A stretch of DNA of 64,000 nucleotides from Antedon mediterranea. Lineage: Eukaryota > Animalia > Echinodermata. Below are positions 48,501 to 62,848 of the stretch, in pieces. Each line of letters begins with the position of its first letter. Position 1 is the first letter of the stretch. The stretch covers positions 7,998,001 through 8,062,000 of the forward strand of contig NC_092674.1 in the NCBI RefSeq assembly GCF_964355755.1. Direction: 5' to 3'. Both the position numbers and the translations under genes were made by a program. The notes beneath the pieces were generated by a model that had not been told where the DNA came from, made no database searches, and worked only from the letters and a program-made list of their open reading frames with translations.

Positions 48501-51500
48501 TTATCTAATAATATTTATTTCAAATATAATTTGTATAGCCAACATTGCAATGGAGTACAGAACAATAACGGTCGGTATTGGAGAGTCTGTCACTATCAAT
48601 CTCAGTAAAGGTGGTGATCTTACCGATTTACGTTGGAGACATAATTACGGAGATGAAATACACAATCTGAGCGGTAATACGTCTGCTGTGATTGAAAACA
48701 TACGAAGAAAAGATGATGGCGTATATGAATGTTATATAGGTGAGAGCCCGGATGGTAACCATGGTATCATGAGACTTATTGTTAGAGGTAGGCCAACGTA
48801 AAATAGTTGTATAAAATGCATTCTGATGCAAATCAGATTATAAATGTTGCACTGTTTGATTGATGTTATAATGTAATGTAAAGATAATAATAAAGAGTAT
48901 ATTTATTCGTATAGGCCAAATGTGATTTTATGGTAGGTATAAAGTAAAAAAATAAATAAAATAGCTCCCTTTATTGCAAATTATGTTTAACAAATTTGTT
49001 TCCTTTAGCTTGTCCGTCTCCAAAATGGAATCTTCCAGACTGTCAAATGGACTGTCCCGTATGTTATAATGGCGGAGTATGTGACGATAGGACGGGTGTC
49101 TGTATTTGCCCAGCAGGATTTAAAGGCGATGCTTGTCAAAATGGTAATACAGTTACTATATTGTACATAGAATGTGATTTACGTTGGTAAAGTGGCAGAA
49201 TATTTTGATAATTGAAATAGAATATTACTGATCGATGAATTATGTAAAATATATATTAAAAATTATATTAAATTTGTATTTCAGAAAAACATAAAATAAA
49301 CTATTATTTTTTATAATAGGTTGTGGAAATAACAACTGGGGTCGTGACTGCCTTACTGTGTGTTCTGGTGTGGGAAATTGCAGAGGAGCTCTTTTATGTC
49401 CACCTGATCCAGTAGGTTGTGCATGCCAAAATGGTTTTGGAGGAAGCGATTGTAAAACAGGTTAGATTTTAATTAGGCCTTATCATTATATTTGTATGGC
49501 AAAGATTAAAAGAACAATAGTAAGATTGTTACATACATTTTGTATTTTTGTAATATTTTGGTAATATTTTGCTGTGTTTAGTCGTAAAATTATTTTTACT
49601 TCAATCAAAAATAGCGATCAAAATCAAGGTGTGGAGTCAGTTTTGTAATGTTCCTTTAATTGCATATCATTTTAAAATATATTCATATCATTATGTTGCG
49701 CATGGTTCGATTTTGTATAGGAACTTTTGTGTTTCGTACGTCATTTAATGGTATCAAAGAAACCTCTACAGATGTTTCGACTACCAAACAAGACATAATT
49801 TCTCATAAAGGTCATCATTTAAGAGCAGGACGAAATAATTATGAATTCTGAATCAAGCTCATTTATTATTACTATTACAAATATCTACCATGTCTTTAAG
49901 TGTGCGAGGATGGATACTATGGTGGTGATTGTCGGCAAAAATGTAACTGTGAGAATTGTACTCAAAATACAGGATGTACTTCCGGGTCAACGTGCTTTTC
50001 TGGTTACACTGGTGACATGTGTCTAGGTAATGACTCATTAACATAAAAATAAACCTCAGTGAGTTAACATGAATAAGCATGTTATACGTACCACCTCTCT
50101 CAGCTATTATGTACGACCCAATGGCAAACTAGAAAAGTGTCTGATAAGGTTATCAAACATTCTACACAACTTTCCACAACAAGTGGCATTTGAGGTTTCA
50201 ATAACCAGAATTGCTTACTTCGCTGAATAATTTTCTACTAAATTATATTCTATTAACCTATAGGCCTACGTTAAATTAGTTTGGAGTTGTTTTTTTTTTT
50301 TACATTAAACAATTATTTCCCTTATTTTAAATTGCTAACATAATAATTGTTTTCATTGTTTGGAAAGAACCTGAGTCATGCGTATCCGGATATTTTGGTG
50401 TTTTGTGTAACTACCAATGTCACTGCCAAGACTCTGAAGATTGTAATCGAGATGGAAGTTGCGATAATGGATGTCATGATGCCTGGGCTGGACCAAACTG
50501 CAGCATAGGTAAGAACGCATGTTATACAGAACAATTATACTTTACATTTCGTGGTGTTTACTGAATGAATGAATAATGGAAACTAAACTAAAGAAAGTAA
50601 AGAGAAAGACGAGTAGAAAACCAGAAAAGAAGACGGACGTGTATGAAGCTAATGGAAAGAGATGATGACGTGAATGAGATAAAGTCACATGACCATTGTG
50701 AATATACGGTAAAATATCTATGTAAATATGTATGTTTTAGTTTTAAAATATAAGACAGTTATTTTATGTGTTTCAATATTTAGCATTACCATACCGCACT
50801 GAAACGCCAACTGTTATAAACCAGACAGCAACAACTGTAACGTTTGACGTCACTTGGATTCCTGGTGAAGACTATGGAACAGGAACAATTACAAAACGGA
50901 AGCTTTCGTATAAATCATCGCAAACGGAATCATCTATATCAGTAGATGGACCAGATAATGATTTATTTATTGTCATTGATGATCTCATCCCAAATACGCA
51001 ATATCAATTCTATTCTCAATTTTCGAGGATGGTTGGTGGTATTGAGGTAGATGGACCAAGAAGTGCACTTGGAACAACAAACACCATCTGTTCAGGTAAC
51101 TTATAAAATTGCAACAAAATTATATTTTTAGACAATTTTTTCTATTGGATGTGATAACCTTCTTATTATAAATAAAATTAATTTTAATATTATTATTAAT
51201 ATCAGTTAGTAGTTACCAGGTAACTTTATTAAAGGCTACATTCATGTAAACAAATAATTATGTCTTATTTTTTTAAATGTTTTGAAAGATTTGAATATTG
51301 TTGCTTAATACTGTTCATTTTAATACTAATATATTTAATCAAATATAGAACCGTTGGAAGAACCCGAGCTAGAATTGAAAGTTAATGAAGAAAACCACGT
51401 TATCTTAAAATTAAAGGTAAGTATATTCAGATTAGATTGATTGTCATATGTCAATCAATTTATGTTTATTTATATTTCCTGTAAACGTAATATGTACGTG

Positions 51501-54500
51501 AAAGGTTTTCACTACGGGCCAAAATAGTTTACATCGTCAGTTCTGACGGTTGGCTACGAACCCTTCTTATCTTCTTATTATTCTTCCAAGCACGCTTAAT
51601 TTAAATCTTTGTTACATTTTCAGCCTGTTTCTAGTGATTATGATCGAATCCAGTGTAACTATATTCTTCGATATCAATTGCAGTACTCGGAGATTGATGG
51701 AAATTTAACAGATGTAGTTAATACAACAAGTAGTTCTCAATTAGAAGTAGAACTATCAGAATTATCAAGTTGTACTGATTATGTTGTAAACGCTCGAGTA
51801 GTTAATAACATGGAGATTGTTGGTAATTGGGGAGACGATATGGTGGTACAGACAGCGCCCTCAGGTATGTGAAATTAGTAAATTGTTCTTATATGGAATA
51901 AAATGTAACCGTAAAGTACGTTACTTACACATATGTGAAGTTTCAATGGCCTTCGGGTAAGAAAATATGTCAATATTATAGCTAGAAAATACCTTAGCTA
52001 ATCACACAAAAATTAACCAAAATAAGCAGCAGACAGACTTGTTATTGTTTGTACAGCACCACCAGCGGGAGTTAAAATTAACTGTAGATATGATACGCCA
52101 TTTGTGCCAAAATAGGGTTTAGGAATATTAAGACTAGCAGAAACTAAAAAAAAAAAAAACATTACATGACCGAGTTTCATTTAACAAGAGACACTTGTTT
52201 ATCTAAAACCTGATATCAGGAGTAGTAATTTTGTTCTACATTATGTAAATATATTATTTTTAATACTTCTGATTTACTATTATAGTGCCATCAGTAGAAA
52301 GTAATTCATTTGTAAATGGAACATATTTGCTTATTAAGTGGAACGCTTCTACATGTGACATCCCAGACTATCAGGTGACCTACTATTATGAACTGTCAGG
52401 TGGAATATTTCAGCAAGGAAATACTACAGAAACTGAAGTTGTTTTTGACGATGGAATTGAATCCTGTATAGAATATACATTCATGGTCTTGGCGTCTTAT
52501 TCAAACGTTAATGGGACATCTAACACAACGAAATTTATGTCTGGGACAAATTGTTATACATCAGATGACTCAAACTCAAACTTGGGTTCGTGATAATTTT
52601 GTTTTTATTATTTTAATAATATTATTTTGGTTATTAATTTGGCTTAACTGTTAATCTATCAACACTTGCTTGACACTTTACAAGAAAAGATAGACATCGA
52701 GACAACATGCAAAGTAGTTTTTATAAACATTTTAATTTTTCTTTTCAGGTTACATAATAGTTTTAGCATGTGGTTCGTTGTTTGCAATATTGATCGCAGT
52801 TGCTATCATCTTTATGATATTTAGACGGTAAAGTAACACTTCTATGCAGTCATATTAAACAATTATTTAAAATGAAAATTATTTATTAACGGTTTTCATG
52901 CACTTGTTTTCCATTATATTTAGACGAACTATTTCGAAAAAGGAAAGCAGTTCTACTAGTCAACAAGACGTATGTGCATTAGTCCTAGAAACAGACTATC
53001 AAACCCTGTATAAAAAATATGAACAGAATGAATATGAAGGTGTTCAGGAAAATGTTGAAAATTCTGCGGATGAACCCATCTACACAGATCCCGACCTTGT
53101 ATTGCAACACAAACTTGGACCTGTGTATAACAATACAGAATTAGATAATAAAGAATACACACCGATTGAGTTATCTAAGGTACATGACTATGTGAGGAAG
53201 CGCCAATTAAGCGTTGAAAATGGGTTTGAGAAAGAATTTAAGGTACGCTACAATATAATGAAACTCATTATATAAAGATAGTTTAAAATTGTTGTTACTA
53301 GCAACTAACGAAAGAATTTTTACGGAAGTTATCTGTATAATTCAGGCAAGAATCTCTTGCTTACAGATTTATGTTTGAACCAATTGAACCATACAGTGCT
53401 ATTTTAGTTTCAATTGATCTGTGTCTCAACCAGTATGACAACTACGTAGTTCTATCACATGATTCATTGTAAATTTAATGTTGGAATATCATTTTTAGGT
53501 ATCCCAACAGGAACTTGATGACAGCAAGTCGTTCTATCCTTGCAAAGTTGCCGAATCTTCGAACAATATAAAGAAAAATCAAAATCCTAATGTCATTCCT
53601 TGTAAGTTCTTATTTAGTGTTGTTTCACTTAGCAGCAGAAGCTCATCTAAACAAGAAATACTGTTCATGTTTTGTTTTTGTTTTCTATAAATTTTGAAAT
53701 ATGATATGAAAGGTGTTCATTAAGATATTAAGTCGTGAGGTAATAAAGAAATCATTAATGATTAAAACTAAATTACTTTATTTCAGATGACAATTCTCGA
53801 GTAGTTCTTGATCTGGTTGATGAGGTTCCCGGATCTGATTATATAAATGCTTCGTACGTAGATGTAAGTTGCTTATGTGTTTTCTGAGAAGACATTATTG
53901 GCAATAAAAAACCTAACTTTATTGTACAATGGCCTAAAAACTCGGGATTTGGGTAAACTATAATATCTAGGCCCTATGTGTTTAGAAAACATATCCGAAC
54001 CCGTATCCGCTTTCCATTTTATGTATTACGCAATGTTTTTGTACAAAATCTCATCTCAATATTTAGGAACATTTACAGTATGTATTTCTATAATATTATG
54101 GTACAGCATCTTATGCTAGGTATGTAAATTATCATTCCGATCTATCGGATCAAATTTGGAAGAAGTACATAGTAGTACCGTATAATAATAATAATCATAT
54201 TTCTTTTATAGGGATGCTATGTACCACGTGAATTTATTGCATGTCAAGGTAAAACATACATATTTCAGTTACGTGGTAAAGGTCCGAAATACATAACATC
54301 TAATTAATGTTATCCTTTACGGTTATTATAGGTCCGACATTTGACTCCATCAACGAGATGTGGAGAATGATATGGAAGGAGAAGTCTATGATTGTTGTCA
54401 TGGTTACAAACCTTAAAGAAGGAAACAAGGCAGGTTATATATTTTCCCGGTTTTTGGAGTAATATACTATAAATATATCGGAGTTATATGTACGGTACCC

Positions 54501-57500
54501 AACCTGTTTTCAAAATAAGATTGAAATAAACTGTGTAGTTCAGTTAACTCGATTGTAATATTTCCTTTTTAAATGATTAAATGTATTAATATATTTCAAA
54601 ACTGTATAATTATAGCAACAGTGCGAAAAGTATTGGCCAGACTTAAGCTATTCTAAAGAATTTGGAAAGCTTCTTGTTAGGAACGCCGAAGAAACCGATT
54701 ACGGGTACTATGTGTTTCGTAAACTTGAGGTTCAAAAGGTAAAGTAACAACAAATACATAGTAGTTATAGTTATGGCAAGCCATTTGTGCCATAAAGTGT
54801 TTTCCTTTTACGTTTGTTAAAGACAAAAAACTACAATAATTGATTGGAAATTATCATCAACTAATAATTGTGTGTAGGCCCTAGAACTAATATATTATTA
54901 TTATTATTATTAATACTAACTTTTGCTGAAAAGGTTGGAGAAAACGATACGATACATAATGTGTATCAGTATCATTTTACTGAATGGCCAGACAAGAGTG
55001 TTCCCAGTACAGTACCACACCTGATAGATTTCATCAAGAAGTTTAGAAAAACTCAACTGAGTTATGGTACAGAGAGTGGGCCAGTCATCGTACATTGCAG
55101 GTAGGCAAATTTATTAGTTTATGGTGTATATAAAAAGAGTAATACGTACAAACGTACCTGGAGAGGGTAAATGTTTTTAATGGTTTTCAGATTCAACACA
55201 CCTTTTCCAAATTTAAATTTGATGTATTCGAAGATGGTCAATTATTTAGCACAAGTGCACTAGATGTTAGTTATGGTTGGTTACATCTTAGCATGCAAAG
55301 AAAACCTTATATTTATAATTTATTAATGCTATATACTTATATCGATAACTTACTGGAAAATACAATAAAGTAAATAATAACTGTCTGCAATGTTTCATAG
55401 TTCAGGAGCCGGTAGAAGTGGAACCATGATAGCTATAGCAGCCATGTTGGATATGTCAGATAAAGAAGGAAAAGTAGATGTGTTCAACTTTGTACGAAGC
55501 ATGAGACAGAAACGTATCCAAACGGTTCAAACAAAGGTTGTACAGAACATTACATTTTATTATTTTTATTCTTTAAACATTTCTTTTTAAAATTAATTAA
55601 ATGCAAATTGAAATATTTTGTTTCACTCAGAATTGTTTGTATATCTTATTTTGTTTTTCAAATTTGCATCGTGTGTTTCTCGGGGTCTTCCCAATTTTCC
55701 TGTTATTTTTACCATATTGAATCTTCTTCACAGTCTAAATAGTCTACGTATACAGTACTTGCACTATTGGTAATACAAAAAGTTCTCCGTTTTACACATA
55801 CTCCGGTTTCCATTTCATTATTTCTCACACACAAAGTTAAACAGTCTTTACATGACAGTAACTTAGGTATTAGATATTACAAGCAATTATATATAGATTG
55901 TGTGTGGATTTATGGATTACAAAAGATTTAAAATTTATACATATTCATACAATTCCGGATTCCTTTTTCTTAGTCTTTACTAAGTTGACTTTCGTATTAT
56001 AGGAGCAGTATACATTTATCTATGCAGTTCTACTAGAAGAGTGGTTCTGTGGACAGACTGTCATTCCCGTTGGTGACATACAAAAAGTAATACAAAAACA
56101 AAAATTGAAAACTTCTTCAGATTTTGAATATCAACTAAAGGTAATGATAATGTACTTTCAATTATTTATATTGTAAACTATAACACATGTCAATCCAACA
56201 TTTTGATTGTGAGGATAAAGATGGTATGCGAATAAGTTATAACAAAATGACTCATTTATTGGATATACAATTGTTTTTTACTTGCAGACTTTGAACAGTT
56301 TGTTTCCACTGGATGGTCTTACGTCACAATCAAGTCGACCAGATGGAAACAAATGCCAAAATGTTTTGTTCTGTAAGTTGGATAGATCTATGTTTTTGGA
56401 AAGAAGTTGTTAAGAATAACAATGTCATAATAACAAGGCCATATACATGGCTGCAGTTCGCGTGCATAATTTAGTGTTTACCAACCGACCGACCAACCAA
56501 CCGACCGACATAGTGAGATGTAGAGTAAAAACAGTAAATAGAATGTAATTAAGAAAAAATTTCGTTGGAGGTGACGTAATGTCTAATGAATTATGTTCAT
56601 TTTTTAGTAACTAAGGGATGCTACAGTTCAGAAGTTGAAAGTGATGGTGATTACGTTAACGCTTCGTTTATTGAGGTAAGTATATGACCAAACGACAGAG
56701 ATGGCAGATAGTGTGGATAGTTAGATGCGATGATTCATTGTTATCATTGGAACGATCTTGCTATATTAAATAGGAAATACAGATGTGTGATGCATCAAAC
56801 AAGTTGATTAGGATCAAATGTTTATGTACATTATTCTTTGCTGCAATTTGTTTCTTGTCGACTTGCACTGTAAACGCGTCAATATTCCTACTAGAAAAAC
56901 ACTTTTTATTACGCTTCTAAAACGGAACGGATTGGTAATGCAAGTGTTACTAGTTGACACTGTAAACGCGTCAATGCTATAATTAACAAACTTATTATGC
57001 TTCTTCTAAGGAAAAGGACACGACTTTTTTTACTGCTACTACTGTGTTTCGTCTGCTTAACGCGTCAGTACTACAAAGTGACGTAAATGATTACGCTTAT
57101 GTTAAGGAAAATGATACGATTTTCTGCGTACCTCCAAATGCGTTTCTCTTACAGTAGTCATAGGTTGAGGTAACAATATGCCAGTATGCCAAAATATCAC
57201 AATATACTTTATTTAATTTAAATTTAAGTTTTTAATAGTTATGCTTCGTTCACAATCTATTTCTTAGCATTCTAAAGAGGATCATGCTTATATCGTTACG
57301 CGGACCCCATTGGCTGATGACACTAGTGTCGATTTCTGGCGTATGGTGTTTGACTATAAATCTGACGTCATTGTACAACTAAATGAGATGGAAGATCTGA
57401 CGAATGCAGTGTACCTTCCAAATAAGATCAACCAAAAACAGACAGTTGGTGAATTTACAGTCACAATCAAGTCAACGCATCAGTACGATTTTTTGACCAA

Positions 57501-59198
57501 GAAAAAAATAAATCTAGAAAAGGTTGTTATTATTATTTTGTGTTTAGTCAGCGAGCTAAATTTTAGATGCATTTATTTTGCATTAGATTTTGGGAAAGCA
57601 TTTACCAAACAAACTAAAATAATGGATAAGCCATGCAAAGTTCTTCCAACAATTTAAAATAGTAGATTCTTCCATAGTTGGTTCCTAGGTCAATTTACGA
57701 GCGGTAACGGTAAAGCTTGGTTCCCACTAGCGACGCAATAATTGTGTTTGCTCCCGCCTGCTTGGAATCAAACCTGTGATTTTTTCAGCACTGTTGCGTC
57801 GTCGGTTCCCACTTGTGATTACGCAATACAGCACTTTGCGTCGATATGTCACTGCGTTGCGTTGCGTTCAAGTGGGAACCACGCTTTAGCGGAAAACCAC
57901 GTAGCTTGTCCTACATAGAATCTGTATCTATCCTGAGCGGAAACCACCAGTCCGCTCCTGTGCGTTGTGTGTAAATGGTCATAAGGAATAACACAGATTC
58001 TATATTTTTCTTACCGGTAACGCCCGTCTCTGTAGACTAGCCTTTAGGAGAGATGAGGTCCAATATATACACCGAATGTACTACTAGTTATATTATTTTT
58101 TTCCAGGATAATACAAAACGAAGCATTATTCTGTATGAGGTTAACCAATGGCCAAAAAAAATAACTGTTCCAGAAGTTGATTCGTTTGTTAAATTCGTTA
58201 TGACAATAATGCAGCGATCAGATGTCACATCATCACCAATCACTGTTCATTGCAGGTAGGTATAATAAATAGGAATATCAATACTAGTATCAGAAACGAG
58301 GCTGGTTGTTGGTTAATAGGTTGGTTAGGTAGTATGGAAACTTTAATTTCTAGTTCCAGTTTTTTTAAAGTCCTGACTAAGCGGACTATATTTGAGCTGC
58401 CTCTTTTAAAAAGAGAGACCACGAGAATTGTCATTTCCATTTCAAAACAAGTGGGAAAAAATAATAGTTTATTTTTATAGATCCAATGCACCTTTCAATG
58501 AAGATGCACAAAATAATAAGTACAAAACTAAATCAACACGATAAAGAAAAATAACCAGAAAGAAATAGAAAAGCCTTAGGAAGGTTTAGTGTTATCCGAA
58601 CCTTCCTAAGTGAAAGTGTTGCTTTTATGATTGATAGGCTTACATGTGGGTATAAACAAACTAGGTTGAAAAATGATGTTGGTTGCTAAGTTAGTTTAGA
58701 CAAGTCTATTTGCCTGAAAAGCCGGAAACATTTCTATCTATTTCAACAAAAAGTAGCAATAACAGTTGATTTACTGTTTTTGGAGGTTGTTTTAGCGGTT
58801 AATTTTATTAGGAAAAAAACTAAATAAAATGTATCTCTATGTTCAGAGACGGTGTTGGTAGATCTGGATTATTCTGCCTAGTTTATTCAGCGATCCAGAA
58901 AATGCGAGAAGACAAAGTGGTGGATGTATTCCAAACACTTAAAGCCCTTCGCTCAGCATGCTCAAATATGGTGGAATCCGAGGTAAGTTTTTTTATATGT
59001 CTGGGATAGGTTTGTGTGTTTAAACGTTATTTTTTTTTTCTTTCTTCATATGCTAAGGTTTTTACGATAATACCGTCTGATACTATGTTTGTATAAATCA
59101 CCGTTTAAATGATTGTGTTTTTGTTTTGTATGTTGTAGGTCCAGTACAACTTTTGCTACGATGCAGCACTGTGTTATCTGAAAACATACGAGGAATAA
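45576..59198 (+). CDS. Receptor-type protein tyrosine phosphatase, Tie-like ectodomain, copy 2 (complete, 27 exons, about 1402 aa)
   Basis: Exons: 45576-45657 (signal peptide), 45842-46225, 48539-48787 (Ig, DDGVYEC), 49009-49143, 49320-49460, 49901-50026, 50368-50508 (EGF-like), 50784-51095, 51349-51416, 51624-51864, 52286-52585 (FN3), 52749-52827 (TM), 52924-53242, 53499-53601, 53787-53863, 54212-54248, 54332-54429 (GC donor), 54616-54738, 54934-55100, 55401-55536, 56003-56140, 56288-56372, 56608-56675, 57268-57522, 58107-58255, 58847-58982, 59139-59198 (TAA). Total 4209 nt with consistent phases. D1 has DYINAS, FIACQGP, CEKYWP, WPD, HCSSGAGRSG and VQTKEQY; D2 has HCRDGVGRSG. Confidence 0.92.
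46311..48445 (-). mobile_element. 3' fragment of an RTE-X-like LINE in intron 2 of copy 2, split by a Helitron
   Basis: ORF 47972-48433 (TTYLGHVI..DIKRQYRSLCIRANSLVRKCS..LQVCYNN) parallels the C-terminus of the LINE at 30561-32340. AATAAA and (TGAA)n tail at about 46325-46345. The same intron is only 110 bp in copy 3. Confidence 0.85.
46400..47956 (+). mobile_element. Non-autonomous Helitron, copy B
   Basis: Canonical A|TC...CTAG|T boundaries, 3' hairpin at 47920-47956, internal about 260-bp tandem duplication (about 46856-47380). Confidence 0.92.
56436..56525 (-). mobile_element. Short DINE/Helentron-like element (reverse-orientation relative of 20498-20610)
   Basis: TTAGTGTTTACC...(CCGA)n...CATAGT...TGTAGAGT is the reverse complement of ACTCTACA...ACTATG...GTCGG...GGTAAACACTAA. 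Confidence 0.5.
57711..57888. mobile_element. MITE, PIF/Harbinger-like
   Basis: TAAAGCTTGGTTCCCACT ... AGTGGGAACCACGCTTTA, an 18-bp inverted repeat with 1 mismatch including TAA/TTA ends. Absent from the paralogous copy 1 intron. Confidence 0.75.
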
Positions 59199-59534
59199 GT
59201 GAAGTACAGAACTAAAATAAAATAAATGTAAATAAAATTTGCTGTTGGAGCGTTTTGAATTAAAATTAATATATTGCTGTAGACATAAATCCTAACTAAG
59301 ATTAAGTGTATATAATATGTATTCTTATGTAGTGTGGATGGATCCAACGATGGACAACAAGAAAGAAAACGCCTATAACTCTAGTTAAGAAAAAAGAAAA
59401 CGCTCGTAAATGAATAATTTACAACGTAAGTCACAGTAGGATATTGAAGAAATAATTTGGTTAGTACGGAAAATATTTAGTAAGTCTTATGGTCTTCACA
59501 CAATGTATATAGACGCTGAAAAGAACGAATATAC

Positions 59535-60935
59535 TGTATATATAAATTACGTAAGGGCAAAATTCGGTCAATCGCGCGTTATTTCTAGAATTTTTACTCG
59601 ATGGTATATAAAGTTGGTTAGAATCTCGGTACTGATTTTAACCACCTGATGTAACCATGTTTACTAATTAAATTTAGTTAGATAATTAGTTATTGACAAT
59701 TAAAACGAATTTAGATTCAACGATTTGCCCCAAATAGGGGTTTTCCGATCGTGGTATACACTGTGTATGGATGTCCTCTTGAAAAATACCCTTACACAAT
59801 AATACGAGGATGCTTCGAATTTTCCTATCTCCTCCTACGATAATTGTTTTTAATAGCTGAAAACCGGTTGAACAGCTCGGGTACAGTATCATAATGTTGA
59901 AGACAGGCCGATTTTCTTTAAAAAATTCTATTTTGATAGAGTTAATAATACGTTTATACAAATGTATTGATTTGTGATGAATGAAAAATTCCAATCTCTG
60001 TTCCGCAAGTTTCTATTCCCTCAGGCGTCGTAAAGACAAGTACAGTCATAACAGAAATTCGATCCATTTTTTTCCAATCTGTGCTGCAGAGGTTGAATAT
60101 AAGTATTTTTTTACCGGATAATGAGCTAGCCTTTCCAGTCGTCGTCTATTAGTACAATTAACTTTATTATTGCAGTTAAACCACCACCTCCCCCCCCCCC
60201 CCCCCCCACCCCAACCCGCCTTACTGGCATGAGTAGCGTTGTAAAGCCAGTAGAGGACAGGCTTACAATACGAAGGATCACATGCCATCGCAGAACAACT
60301 TTGGTGGTTAGGAACCAACTTAAGTATGAATTGGCTCTAAGAAACAATTGAAAACCATTAGGCCTACTAATTAAGTGGAGTTAGATAATTATCTATTGAC
60401 GATTAAAGCGAATTTACGATGTACCCCGAATAGAGGTGTTTACTTTATTACTGACAGTTCCTTCTGAACGTTTGTATTAATTAATAATGTAATTACAAAA
60501 AAATATAAACGTCGTATTAGTGATGTATCTTTACATGTACTGTACTATTTCAATCGACTATGACGGTGACAGTTTCAACAAAGTATTAAATCGCAATGTT
60601 TTACTGTGTTTAGTGTATATTATTTGTAAAACATGAAAACAATTAATATTTCGTTACTAAATGGATAAAGAATACATTTAAAAATTGTTCGTCTTTGCAC
60701 CCATCCTCTTCCCCATCCATTAATGTTACATACAAAATACAAATTCAGTTTGTTACAAAACAATTGGTCTTATTTTGTGACAAGTTTCTCTTTCGGAAGT
60801 AATTACCAGGGTGCTAATTTTAGTTGAGTACATAAATCACCGTGTCTATTTATTCGTTCCTGTAAACGACATGTATTACTATTATTGTCGCCAGTTTTTA
60901 ACGCTGAAATCACTATGTATTCGAGAACCATCTAG
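59535..60935 (+). mobile_element. Non-autonomous Helitron, copy C (rearranged)
   Basis: Starts TGTATATATAAATTACGTAAGGGCAAAATTCGG and ends GAGAACCATCTAG|T with the hairpin missing. An unrelated internal segment lies at about 59998-60375. Confidence 0.85.
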
Positions 60936-61949
60936 TAATTATAATATGGCTACCGAAATACAGGCTAGGCTAGATTAACTTGATATTTATTTTATTTTTT
61001 AAAATGTAGTATTGAAGTAATTAAAGTAACATTTGCTGATAGAGCGATGTATGTAATCAATGCTTAGATTGTTTTGGTTTAATAGGCATATGATAATAAA
61101 CATAATTGTTGCAGTGAATTGGTTTTTATGCTATCTTATTTTTTTTTTTATTTTGAGCATGCTTGATTAAGGTACTAGAGAACGTCTCAATCAAATGGTT
61201 CTGAACCACAAACATATTACTAAACCTTCTCCACACTACATACATTCACGTTGGAAGAATTCAAGAAGTAAAAATCTAAAAAGGAACCGACCTGTTTCAT
61301 TTATCAAAACATAAGCACCTGGTACTATAAACTTGAGATTAATTTTTCGCCATTTTGACCTACTAGATGTGGCTAATAAAACTTTTGTGCTACATAAAAA
61401 TATAAAGCATATGAAAAAAATGGCAGCTTTTACAAACAACATGATTGGAATGGAGATCAATCTAAAATCGTATTTTTTCTTAAACTTTTAATGAAGATGA
61501 CCTAACCTAAAGGAATATGATTACCACAAAGAAAAAAAAACAGTGATGTGATGATGAAGTCTATGAGTGCCGCTTACCTGGATAAACAAATAGCCTCTCT
61601 ATCCGAAGAGAGGAATACATTTACGAAAAGAAGACCTTTTTATCTGACACCCCCGTCGGATAATGGTATATTCCAAGTAGAGAATTACGAAACATGTTGA
61701 ACTTGCGTATTGAGATAAGATTATTAATAACAATACAGCAATAGAAAGCATATCTAGGGATCACCTACAAACAGCAATAACGACATCACTTACAGCAAGT
61801 CGAGTGTACAATTAGTGATTTAAATATTGGACTGCCAATCTGTTGGTGTTTCTATAAACCGTTTCTTCATTCTATTTTTCTCGAATGAATGTAAATATAT
61901 TATTTTATACGCATATCTAGCTCAAGTTACACTAAAAATTTGTTAGTAA

Positions 61950-62848
61950 AATAGACTCTTGTACCTTAAAATTAAAATTAAATTATTATTATTATTATTA
62001 AAATACATCATTTAACTATAGGAAACACTTATTACAAACTAACAGAGTATACCTGATAAGTTGATATCAAACAAATAGTTTGAGACAGGCGTGAACAGTT
62101 TTGATAATGTTTCGCCAACATCTCTACTAACGTTAAAATGTACGTTCACTTGTGTATACCAAAAGTAAATAGGTGACTAATCCCTAAATAACTTAAAATA
62201 AATAATAATTCTATACAGTACAGTGTTTTTTATATTGTATTGTACAATGTACTGTATAAAGAACAAAATATACTTTGCAAAGTTTCTCAACAACAATATA
62301 TAAAAGATCTTTATTGTTACGGAGTTCATCAATTATGCTTCAATTGATTTTTGCAAAATTGTAAAATAAACATAAACCAAGCTAATATGTATAGGTACAA
62401 TACTATCCCTTTGGCCGACTGCTGTTTATTTTTACACTGAATTATTTATGCTTCGTGAATTAAAACTTTAACATCATCATGAAGAATACTCAACCAAACT
62501 GAACATAGATTCATGAAAGATCAACTAACAAATATGCCACTTACATATTCACTTTTTACTCAGGCAAAACAACAGTAGTCATTTTGATATCTAATTGGCC
62601 TTTATGTTAAAAGTCAAGTTTCTATCCTACAAAATTTATTTTAGTGCATGATTGTAAATCCAGTTTTATACTCCATTTTCCCGTGTTTAAGTCTACTATC
62701 ATAATCATAATAATTGGGCTCACAATGTAATTGACACAGAGTGACACAAGTCAAGCATTGATTTTTTTATAATGGTAATCTTTTCCGGGTTATTTATTCA
62801 TCAATATTCTACCTTATACTCGCGAACGACACTGACTACTTGAAAATC
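61950..62848 (+). promoter_or_regulatory. Conserved upstream/5' region of RPTP copy 3
   Basis: Colinear with about 44560-45575, with long identical stretches such as CTTTATTGTTACGGAGTTCATCAATTATGCTTCAATTGATTTT. Confidence 0.65.

Noticed and set aside
57680-57990. Second, outer MITE around the 57711-57888 MITE
   Set aside because: Candidate terminal inverted repeats are too degenerate to support by eye.
56288-59198. D2 as a second active phosphatase
   Set aside because: C-x5-R is retained, but the WPD Asp (WPKK/WPTN) and the KNRY loop are missing, as is usual for inactive D2 domains.
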